DNA of 49,113 nt from Syntrophaceae bacterium (GTDB lineage: Bacteria; Desulfobacterota; Syntrophia; Syntrophales; UBA2185), in assembly GCA_003142295.1 (NCBI GenBank), contig PLLV01000090.1, positions 6,458 to 55,570 on the forward strand. Reading direction: 5' to 3'. Made by a program: the position numbers and the translations under genes. The number at the start of each line of letters is the position of its first letter. The first letter of the stretch is position 1. This document shows positions 37,137 to 45,398 of this stretch, piece after piece. The notes beneath the pieces are model-generated. The model was not told where the DNA came from. It saw only the letters and a program-made list of their open reading frames with translations, and made no database searches.

Positions 37137-38111
37137 ATGCAAATACAGGATGTTTTCCGCACTTATGAGGATGACTTAAAACGCGTCGAAGAACAAATGG
37201 AAACGCATCTCCGTTCGGGAGTGCACCTCATACCCGAAATCATCCATCATCTCATAGGCAGCGGGGGAAAAAGATTCAGGCCTCTTTTGCTTCTGTCCAC
37301 CGCTTCACTTTGCGGTTACAAAGGCGAGAAAAAGTACGCCCTGTCCGCTGTGATTGAATTCATCCATACAGCCACACTGCTGCACGATGATGTAATTGAT
37401 GAAGCAACGACCCGGAGAGGCAAAATTTCCGCAAACAATATATGGGGGAATGCGGCCAGCGTGCTCGTTGGCGATTTCCTCTATTCCAAATCCTTCAAAC
37501 TTATGACGGAGCATGGCAATTTAGCCATCATCAAACTCCTCTCCACGACGACAAACACCATGTCGGAAGGGGAAGTTCTTCAACTTGTCAAATGCGGCGA
37601 CATCAATATAAGTGAAAAAGAATATCTCACCATCATCGAGAAAAAGACGGCAACCCTCATATCCGCCGCATGCGCGGTAGGAGGTATTCTGGGAAAGGCA
37701 TCAGATGATCAGGTGGGGGCCCTCACCCGTTTCGGAATGCGCCTCGGCTCGGCATTTCAGATTACCGACGATACCCTCGACTATGTGGCAGAGGAAGACG
37801 TATTTGGAAAGGCTATCGGAAAAGACCTGGAAGAGGGGAAAATAACCCTGCCTCTTATCCATGCCTTGAAGAAATGTACATCGGAAGAGAAGAAACTGAT
37901 CAAAAAGGCAGTTGAGGAAAAAGAACAGGATGAAAAGGTTATCTCGGATATCGTCTCTGTGATCCACCGTCATGACGGCATTAATTATTCTCTCAATAAG
38001 GCAAAGACATACATTGGCGAGGCAAAAGGGTATCTTGAATTATTTGAAGACTCTAAGCCAAGGGCATCGCTGCTTGCCATATCAGACTACATCATTGAAA
38101 GAAATATATAG
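37137..38111 (+). CDS. ispB: Long-chain polyprenyl diphosphate synthase (octaprenyl type)
   Basis: GGKRFRP, EFIHTATLLHDDVID, VLVGDFLYS, EGEVLQ, FQITDDTLD, GKDLEEGKITLP. Confidence 0.92.
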   Translation: MQIQDVFRTYEDDLKRVEEQMETHLRSGVHLIPEIIHHLIGSGGKRFRPLLLLSTASLCGYKGEKKYALSAVIEFIHTATLLHDDVIDEATTRRGKISANNIWGNAASVLVGDFLYSKSFKLMTEHGNLAIIKLLSTTTNTMSEGEVLQLVKCGDINISEKEYLTIIEKKTATLISAACAVGGILGKASDDQVGALTRFGMRLGSAFQITDDTLDYVAEEDVFGKAIGKDLEEGKITLPLIHALKKCTSEEKKLIKKAVEEKEQDEKVISDIVSVIHRHDGINYSLNKAKTYIGEAKGYLELFEDSKPRASLLAISDYIIERNI

Positions 38112-38123
38112 ACATCCTCGATC

Positions 38124-39698
38124 TCACACCACATAAGGCCCTTCGTATATGTCTCTGAAATCGTCGAGGGGGCCTTCCCTATCGTACCTCATGGCAAAGG
38201 GTAGATAATCAAGAATGTCCTGAGCCGTGATGCCGTCCTCGCCTTTGTCCGCGGCTGCAAGGTCTCCGGAGAATCCATGGATAAAGACGCCCTTCTTTAC
38301 CGCATCCTCCAATGACAGGCCGAGACCGAACATGGCTGCAATGGTCCCTGTCAGGACATCGCCTGAGCCCGCCGTGGCCATTCCCGGATTGCCGCTGAGA
38401 TTGACAAAAACCCTTTCGTCGGGGTAACCGATCAATGTATGGGCTCCTTTCAGGACGATGATTGCACGCAGCGACATGGCCGTGAGCTGCAATATGTCTA
38501 TCTTCTGCTTGTTGATTTCGGCGGTACTCTTCTTCGCAATGCGGGCCATCTCCCCAAGATGGGGGGTAAGGATGGTCTCTCCCTTTCTTTGTCTGATCAT
38601 CTCCAGTTGATCTGCAATGGCCGTAATTCCGTCCCCGTCGATGAGGATAGGTTTCTTGATAATCCGCACGAGCTCCCTGACGAGTTGTTGTGTCTCATCG
38701 TCCAGAGAAAGGCCGGGTCCGATCACTACCATATCCATCTTTTCCGAGAGTTCGATCAGGCTGTCTCGATTTTCCAGCGCGATGCTTCCCGCCCGTGTCT
38801 CCTTCTGTGGAACAAAGACAATCTCACTTCCCTTCGTTGCGATAAACGGCGTCATCGATACAGGCGCAGCCAGACGGGCATACCCTCCGCCTGCCTTGAG
38901 AAAGGATAATGCCGAAAAATAGGGAGCACCGAAGTACGATGCAGCGCCGGCAATAAAAAGAACCTCTCCCATGCGTCCTTTGTAGACATCCCTCTCGCGG
39001 GGTGGAAGCTTCACATAATCGTTGATCTGGACCTTGAGGGCGTCGCTGTTATAGAGGGAAGGCGGAAAAGAAATATGCGCGACGTAAAGTTTTCCGCCCA
39101 GGTCATATCCGGGATAGAACATGTTCCCGATTTTGGGGAGACCGAACGTAACCGTATAATCGGCCTTTACAGCCACGCCCATGACCTCTCCCGTGTCTCC
39201 ATGAACGCCGGAAGGAATATCCAGACTCAGAACCTTCTTGCCGCTTGAGTTGATCAACTGAATCAATTCCTTATAGAGACCCGTCGCTTCCCGATCCAAG
39301 CCCGTACCAAGAAGGGCATCTATAATCCCGTGACAGTGGAGGACATCGCTCTTAATCTCTTCGACAGACTCAATCCTCCGTGCTTCAATGGGAAGTTTCG
39401 ATATAATATTCCAATTGGTTTTGGCTGCCCCTTTAAACTTCTTCATGTCTCCAGCAACCAATACCTTAACTAATCCGCCATTGCTGTGAATTTTTCTCGC
39501 TACGACGAGGCCGTCACCGCCATTGTTGCCGATGCCGCAGAACACAACAAACTTCTTATCCTTTATGCCAATCTCCTGTGCTAAGACATATGTCGAAGCC
39601 TGCCCGGCGTTTTCCATGAGGATCTCTTCCGGTATATCGAGTTTTTCAACAGCGTATCTATCCATGAACCGCATCTCGCTGGTCTTGCTGATTTTCAT
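38124..39698 (-). CDS. nnr: Bifunctional NAD(P)HX epimerase/dehydratase
   Basis: LMENAG, GNNGGDG, DALLGTG, DIPSG; IGPGL, TPHLGE, GNPGMATAGSGDVLTG. Confidence 0.96.
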   Translation of the reverse strand: MKISKTSEMRFMDRYAVEKLDIPEEILMENAGQASTYVLAQEIGIKDKKFVVFCGIGNNGGDGLVVARKIHSNGGLVKVLVAGDMKKFKGAAKTNWNIISKLPIEARRIESVEEIKSDVLHCHGIIDALLGTGLDREATGLYKELIQLINSSGKKVLSLDIPSGVHGDTGEVMGVAVKADYTVTFGLPKIGNMFYPGYDLGGKLYVAHISFPPSLYNSDALKVQINDYVKLPPRERDVYKGRMGEVLFIAGAASYFGAPYFSALSFLKAGGGYARLAAPVSMTPFIATKGSEIVFVPQKETRAGSIALENRDSLIELSEKMDMVVIGPGLSLDDETQQLVRELVRIIKKPILIDGDGITAIADQLEMIRQRKGETILTPHLGEMARIAKKSTAEINKQKIDILQLTAMSLRAIIVLKGAHTLIGYPDERVFVNLSGNPGMATAGSGDVLTGTIAAMFGLGLSLEDAVKKGVFIHGFSGDLAAADKGEDGITAQDILDYLPFAMRYDREGPLDDFRDIYEGPYVV

Positions 39699-39755
39699 TT
39701 CTCATCCCTCTTTGATATCTTCGGGTTAAAATACCCGAAGATTGCTTCACATTGG

Positions 39756-39833
39756 GTCATTCCCGCGAAAGCGGGAATCCATAGTTTGTCCATTTGAAAA
39801 AAGCAACTGGACTCCTGCTTCCGCAGGAGTAAC
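39756..39833. repeat. REP-like palindromic element (GTCATTCCCGCGAAAGCGGGAATCCA type)
   Basis: gtcattcccgcgaaagcgggaatcca ... tggactcctgcttccgcaggagtaac; two internal hairpins in inverted arrangement. Confidence 0.75.
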
Positions 39834-39915
39834 AGCAAATTAATCATGGCATTCTCGGCAGATATAATTTATTTGTCGCCGCAAATCAAGTGAAAGCATT
39901 TCATCCCGAAAATTC

Positions 39916-39944
39916 TTGACATCATTTTTCTTTCACAGCATAAT
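39916..39944 (+). promoter_or_regulatory. Sigma-70 promoter for the 40142-43618 cluster
   Basis: TTGACA-N17-CATAAT. Confidence 0.6.
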
Positions 39945-40141
39945 TTAAGAAAGTCATCATAAATATCATGAATATCATAATTATTTTGTGTTTCAGAACT
40001 CGCGGGATTTCACTTATTCCTATTTTTGTAACTACCACCCTCACAAGAATAAGTTCAGGCGGTAATCCCATGTTTATTGAATGGGTCCCCCCTCCTGCGG
40101 GACGGTGACTGCGCTGGTATATCAGGCACCGTGATGCGAGG

Positions 40142-40501
40142 TTGATGATGTTTGAGCGAAAGCATGAAAAAGTAGCGCCCTTATCAGTTTTTGTCAGAAG
40201 GATGGCCGCCTCTGTTCTTCTGGCAGGTCTCCTGGTGGCAACTGCTTTATCTCTCGGCATATCAGGTTACCACTGGATAGCCGGATTTGGTTGGGTTGAT
40301 TCTCTGCTGGAGGCATCCATGATTCTCGGGGGGATGGGGCCTGTCAATCAGCTCACGACGAAAGGAGCGAAGCTATTCGCTTCAGGATACGCGCTTTTCA
40401 GCGGCCTCATGTTCATAGTCGTCCTGGGGATTGTCCTTGCACCGGTGACTCATCGGCTGCTTCATAAATTTCACATTGATGAGGAAGATGAGAAGGAATG
40501 A
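40142..40501 (+). CDS. Small 2-TM protein resembling a minimal ion-channel subunit
   Basis: TM - WVDSLLEASMILGGMGP pore-loop-like segment - TM; HRLLHKFH tail. Confidence 0.75.
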   Translation: MMMFERKHEKVAPLSVFVRRMAASVLLAGLLVATALSLGISGYHWIAGFGWVDSLLEASMILGGMGPVNQLTTKGAKLFASGYALFSGLMFIVVLGIVLAPVTHRLLHKFHIDEEDEKE

Positions 40502-40539
40502 TGCCCTTGTCGTAGTGCATCATAGAAAGGGTGGATAAT

Positions 40540-40845
40540 ATGATTAGCGTGATTGCATCGGTACGTGTCAAGGCCGACTGGCTCCCTCAATTTATTGAAA
40601 TATTTAAGGTCAATGTTCCCAAGGTCAGAGAGGAGAAGGGCTGCATCGAGTACTTCCCTACAAGCGATATCGATTCGGGTTTGCCTGTGCAGAAGCTTGA
40701 TAAGAACGTCGTCACAATCATTGAAAAGTGGCAAAGTGTGGAAGCCTTGAGAGCCCATTTGAAGACTCCTCACATGTTAGCCTATAGAGACAGGGTCAAA
40801 GACATGGTTGATGACCTTTCTATTAAGGTACTGCAGGAAGTGTAA
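40540..40845 (+). CDS. ABM-domain putative quinol monooxygenase
   Basis: VREEKGCIEY, IIEKWQS.EAL.AHL.TPHM. Confidence 0.9.
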   Translation: MISVIASVRVKADWLPQFIEIFKVNVPKVREEKGCIEYFPTSDIDSGLPVQKLDKNVVTIIEKWQSVEALRAHLKTPHMLAYRDRVKDMVDDLSIKVLQEV

Positions 40846-40859
40846 GAAAGAGGATCGAG

Positions 40860-41774
40860 ATGGGTAAGAGCAGAAAGATCCGCAAAGTTATTAGGAGCAA
40901 ACCGACCATCGAGGGAGCCGGCGTCCACCTGAAGCGTGCATTCGGCTTCAGCGAAGTGCCACAGTTCGATCCGTTTCTGCTTCTCGATGATTTTCGCTCC
41001 AACGATCCGCGATATTACATCAAGGGGTTCCCCTGGCATCCGCATCGCGGAATTGAGACTATAACTTATGTCCTTCGCGGAGATGTCGAACATGGCGACA
41101 GTATGGGGAACAAAGGCGTTATCGCCTCAGGGGACGTACAGTGGATGACAGCAGGCAGCGGCATTATCCATCAGGAGATGCCCAAAGGGGATGAGAAGGG
41201 CACGATGTGGGGTTTCCAGCTATGGGCCAATCTCCCGGCCTCGCAAAAGATGATGAAGCCGCGGTATCGAGACGTGAAGGACAATCAGATACCCGAAGTC
41301 TCTGCCGGAGAGGGCGTTAAAATAAGGATCATCTGCGGAGAAGTCAAAGGAACAAGAGGTCCCGTCCGGGACATCGTGGTTGATCCGGAATACCTCGATT
41401 GCACCGTGCCTGCAGGATCAGAGTTCATCCACCCAACCAAGCCGGGGCACACGGTCTTCGCATATGTCATCGGAGGGAAGGCCTTCTTCTGTAAGGAGAA
41501 GAACCCGTTCGCCTATGAGATTGAAGGAGCAAACTATTCTGACATTCAAAAGGATGCCTTCGTGCGCAATGAAAACCTTGTGCTCTTCGATGACGGGGAA
41601 CAGATAGTCGTCTCTACGGAAGATGAGCCTGTTCGCTTTCTCCTGATGTCCGGAAAACCGTTGAGGGAAGCGGTCGCGTGGTACGGACCCATCGTAATGA
41701 ACACAAAGGAAGAATTGCGGATCGCCTTCGAGGAGTATCAGAACGGTACATTTATTAAATACAGGAATGCATGA
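40860..41774 (+). CDS. Pirin family protein
   Basis: DPFLLLD, FPWHPHRGIETITY, VQWMTAGSGIIHQEMP, FQLWANLP, YGPIVMNT. Confidence 0.96.
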   Translation: MGKSRKIRKVIRSKPTIEGAGVHLKRAFGFSEVPQFDPFLLLDDFRSNDPRYYIKGFPWHPHRGIETITYVLRGDVEHGDSMGNKGVIASGDVQWMTAGSGIIHQEMPKGDEKGTMWGFQLWANLPASQKMMKPRYRDVKDNQIPEVSAGEGVKIRIICGEVKGTRGPVRDIVVDPEYLDCTVPAGSEFIHPTKPGHTVFAYVIGGKAFFCKEKNPFAYEIEGANYSDIQKDAFVRNENLVLFDDGEQIVVSTEDEPVRFLLMSGKPLREAVAWYGPIVMNTKEELRIAFEEYQNGTFIKYRNA

Positions 41775-41842
41775 GCCGTTTCAGGGGCTGAAATGCATGG
41801 CAAGTTACTTGTCACTACGGGACTGAAAGCGAGGTATAGAGG

Positions 41843-42913
41843 ATGCCGAAAGTCATGATCCATCCTGCCACCTATGATAATGTCCGAGGGGCCGTGGATC
41901 GGGCGTTCGAAATCTTCCCCCTCAAATTGCGGGGGAAGCGGGTTTTGTTAAAACCCAACGTGCTTCGGGCGTCGGAGGCAAAAGAAGGCATAGTCACGAA
42001 TCCTGCCGTGCTTCGTGCCGTGGTGGAAAAGGTGGAGACAATGAAGCCCGCAGCAATCGTCGTGGGCGATAATCCGGGCCTTTTCGACTACGGGGCAAAC
42101 GAGGCAAGCTTCAGAAAGACGGGACTGCTGGAAGCAGCGAAGGGCTATTATCAGAACATCGGCGGAGATTCGCATAAGGTTGATTTCAATCCTGCGTTCA
42201 TGCCCGCCGTCAACGTCTCCAGGGCTGTCCTCGATGCCGATATCGTGATCAGCCTGCCGAAATTCAAGACCCATGGTCTCACGGTCATTACGGGGGCGAT
42301 CAAAAATAGTTACGGCATCCTGCCCGGCGCCCAGAAGGCACAGCTCCACAAGGCGGCGGGAAACGCCGAACGCTTCCAGGAAATGCTGGTGGACGTATTC
42401 CGCCTCCGCATACCGGACCTCTTTATAATGGACGCCGTGGTCGGCATGGAGGGCAACGGCCCGGCTTCTCCGGACCTGAGAGACATAGGCATGCTCCTCG
42501 CCTCTGACAATGCCGTGGCCATGGATTCCGTTGTGGCGGTGATGATGGGATGTGAACCGGGCCGGCTGCGATTCCTTCAGAAGGCGAAGGAGGTCGGTCT
42601 GGGGGATTACGACCCGAGTACAATTGAAGTCATCGGGGAGCTGAAACCAATACGCGATTTCAAGCTTCCTCCGTTCGGCGGCCAGGTGATGCTCCAGAAT
42701 GACGCTATACAGACGCTGATCAGCAATCGAACACTCATGCGACCGCAAGCGGATGGCGAATTATGCACAGGCTGCGGCACCTGCATCGATCAGTGTGCCG
42801 TATCGGCTTTGTCCATGAGCGACGACAACCTTCCCGTAGTTGATGCCGATACCTGTATTACCTGTTTCTGCTGCCAGGAGCTTTGCCCTGAGAAGGCCAT
42901 TACCTTAAGATAG
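41843..42913 (+). CDS. DUF362 protein with C-terminal 2[4Fe-4S] domain
   Basis: VLLKPN, PKFKTH, GAIKN, DAVVGMEGNGP; CTGCGTCIDQC and CITCFCCQELCP. Confidence 0.92.
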   Translation: MPKVMIHPATYDNVRGAVDRAFEIFPLKLRGKRVLLKPNVLRASEAKEGIVTNPAVLRAVVEKVETMKPAAIVVGDNPGLFDYGANEASFRKTGLLEAAKGYYQNIGGDSHKVDFNPAFMPAVNVSRAVLDADIVISLPKFKTHGLTVITGAIKNSYGILPGAQKAQLHKAAGNAERFQEMLVDVFRLRIPDLFIMDAVVGMEGNGPASPDLRDIGMLLASDNAVAMDSVVAVMMGCEPGRLRFLQKAKEVGLGDYDPSTIEVIGELKPIRDFKLPPFGGQVMLQNDAIQTLISNRTLMRPQADGELCTGCGTCIDQCAVSALSMSDDNLPVVDADTCITCFCCQELCPEKAITLR

Positions 42914-43033
42914 ATCGTGTGCTTGCCGAGGTCTGACAGCCGCCCGGCCTATCTTGTCATTGTCGCTTCTTGTCGTCCGGCGAGGGCGGGATCTACGACA
43001 ACGGAGATTAAATGAATCAGGAGGTAAATCTGT

Positions 43034-43618
43034 ATGGAAAAGATTAAGCTGGATAAAAATTCCTTCCTTTTTCCCATGCCGATGGTTCTCGTCGGCGCGG
43101 TTGTCGATGGACGGGCTAATTTCATGGCCGTGGGCTGGGTATCGCGGGTAAACTTCGATCCTCCTATGATGGCCGTGGCTCTGGGTAAATTTCATTACAC
43201 TAACACAGGCATCCATAAGAACAAGGCCTTCAGCGTGAATATTCCGGGGATCGCATTGATGGAGAAAGTGGATTATTGCGGAATCGTATCCGGTGAGAAG
43301 ACAGACAAATCCAAGATATTCGATATTTTTTACGGTGAACTGCCCGCCGCCCCCATGATCAGGGAGTGTCCGCTCTCCCTGGAATGCAGGCTCGTCAATA
43401 CTGTGGATCTGCCTACAAACAGCCTCTTCATCGGCGAAATCGTGGGCGCATACTCTGAGAAACGTTATCTCACAGAAGGCAAGCCTGATATCAGAAAAAT
43501 CAGTCCCTTCACATTAACCATGCCTGACAACAATTACTGGAAGATTGGGGAAAACGCAGGCAAGGCGTGGAGTGTTGGAAAAAACTTCGGCAAGAGCGCC
43601 GCAGGGAATAGGGGATAG
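43034..43618 (+). CDS. Flavin reductase-like (flavoredoxin) protein
   Basis: PMPMVLV, NFMAVGW, FSVNIP, DYCGIVSG, PMIRECPLSLEC, FIGEIV. Confidence 0.93.
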   Translation: MEKIKLDKNSFLFPMPMVLVGAVVDGRANFMAVGWVSRVNFDPPMMAVALGKFHYTNTGIHKNKAFSVNIPGIALMEKVDYCGIVSGEKTDKSKIFDIFYGELPAAPMIRECPLSLECRLVNTVDLPTNSLFIGEIVGAYSEKRYLTEGKPDIRKISPFTLTMPDNNYWKIGENAGKAWSVGKNFGKSAAGNRG

Positions 43619-43657
43619 GGTGCAGGGGACAGGGGCAGAACAGATGAAGACTTCGGC

Positions 43658-44344
43658 TTAACGGTAAAACCGGATGAGCTTTTCCGGCCTAACCCCGAAG
43701 AGGTACAGGGAGAGGATCAGCCAGTTTCTGAGAGTCGTATAGACGATGCCCTCTTTTTCCCACCGTCGAGGGGATGTCCGGACTGCTCTTCCTATGATAC
43801 ATATTTTCCCCTTCCGTTTCTTGATCCGCTGCATGATCTCTACGTCTTCCATTATGGGAATATTATTGAAACCGCCCAGCTCACGGAACCCCCTTTTTCT
43901 TATAAAGATGGTCTGATCTCCGTACGGTATCCTCGTCATGCGAGAACGGAAAGAGGCCGCCTTCTCTATCAATCTGAATACAGGCCTCTCTGAATCGATT
44001 GCTAAATCGAATGCCCCGGCAATGCAGGAACTATCCTCCATTGCCGTTTCTATGAGTTCCAGGGCATCGGGGGGAAGGAGGGTATCGGCGTGCAGAAAAA
44101 TCAAGATCTCCCCGGCAGCAAGAGATACGCCGAGATTCATCTGATTCCCGCGCCCCTTCTCCGAGATTGCAGTTTTCACATCCATATGACGGGCAACCTT
44201 TACCGTTTTCCCCCCCGGGTCTCCATCCACGACAATTATTTCCGCGCTGCCGGACGCGCGCAGACCGCGGACATGCTCGATCGTCCGGGAGATGATCGCC
44301 TCTTCGTTCCACACGGGGATGATAAAAGAAAATTTCGGAATCAT
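43658..44344 (-). CDS. TIGR04283-type GT2 glycosyltransferase (rSAM/selenodomain-associated, arsenosugar-related)
   Basis: IIPVWNEE, VVDG, GRGNQMN.G, FLHADT, PYGDQ, MEDVE, TSPRRW. Confidence 0.9.
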   Translation of the reverse strand: MIPKFSFIIPVWNEEAIISRTIEHVRGLRASGSAEIIVVDGDPGGKTVKVARHMDVKTAISEKGRGNQMNLGVSLAAGEILIFLHADTLLPPDALELIETAMEDSSCIAGAFDLAIDSERPVFRLIEKAASFRSRMTRIPYGDQTIFIRKRGFRELGGFNNIPIMEDVEIMQRIKKRKGKICIIGRAVRTSPRRWEKEGIVYTTLRNWLILSLYLFGVRPEKLIRFYR

Positions 44345-44350
44345 GAGATA

Positions 44351-45031
44351 TTATGCAAGGCCTATGGTCTTGAGATACAACATGGTCTTAGAGTCTGCAA
44401 ATCCTGTTTTCTGACTGTTTTCGATGAGGGCCGCTATGTCCTCCGGTTTGTCGATGTCCCACCATACGGGAAGCACATGCACCGGGGCTCCGGCTCTGCG
44501 CAAAATCTTCATCGTCTCCTGAAAAACCGTCTCGGCACCCCAAGGAAGCCCCATAAAAACATCTCCGTTAAAAGTGTCCTGCTTGAATCCAAGCAGATAA
44601 TAGCCTCCGTCGACAGAAGGGCCGATTACAGCCTCGTATTCGTCCAGGGCGAGGAAGGCCTCATCGACGATCCGTGCCGGCAGATCGGGGACATCGCTCC
44701 CGATCAAAACAACGGCTCGGAGCCCTTCCGAGAAGCATCGCAAAAAGGAGAGTTTCATTCTCTCACCGAGATCCTCTCCCGTCTGCGGGATATAAGAGAA
44801 TTCATCGCCCAGCATTTCTCTCATCTCGCGTTCCTTTTCCGCGGGATAGAATGCTATGCGGAGCCTGTAAGCTTCTTTGGAAAACCGCTCCAATAAATCT
44901 TCCACGAAGCAGCGGTAGAGATTTGTCGCCGCCTCCTCACCCAGGTCTTTTGCAAGCCGCGATTTTACCTGACCTTGCCCGGGAAACCTGACAAACATGA
45001 CCAGGCATCTGTCTTCTGCTATCGCACTCAT
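44351..45031 (-). CDS. TIGR04282-type (DUF2064) transferase
   Basis: PGQGQVKSRLA, QTGEDLGERM, LIGSDVP, GPSVDGGYYLLG, DIDKPED. Confidence 0.9.
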   Translation of the reverse strand: MSAIAEDRCLVMFVRFPGQGQVKSRLAKDLGEEAATNLYRCFVEDLLERFSKEAYRLRIAFYPAEKEREMREMLGDEFSYIPQTGEDLGERMKLSFLRCFSEGLRAVVLIGSDVPDLPARIVDEAFLALDEYEAVIGPSVDGGYYLLGFKQDTFNGDVFMGLPWGAETVFQETMKILRRAGAPVHVLPVWWDIDKPEDIAALIENSQKTGFADSKTMLYLKTIGLA

Positions 45032-45398
45032 GAATTTTTCTCTTGCCTCACATGGTAACAAGTCCTTGCTCCATCAAATACCACGGTATTTAGAGGCCGC
45101 TTCACATATCTTAGTTGAAAAAAAATAATAATAAAACAGAAAAAAATATATCAACTCCCATGGGGCGATATGCCTCTCATGAGTATAGTTACCTCACTGC
45201 AGAGGGAGTGGCATTGGCGGCATACAAAATAATTGCTGATATTAGCATCTTCACTATGGTGACATTATAATTACCATTCCAGTTTTACCGTTGTAAAGCG
45301 CGCCAATGTCACGAAGACTGATTGTTATAATATTTATGTCGTGATATAATTTCATTTAGTTAGCAACGTTGCAGCAATAAGACGCTGAGGGATACACG

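Noticed and set aside
45205-45240. TGGCA...TTGC upstream of the kinase as a sigma-54 promoter
   Set aside because: No GG-N10-GC spacing is available.
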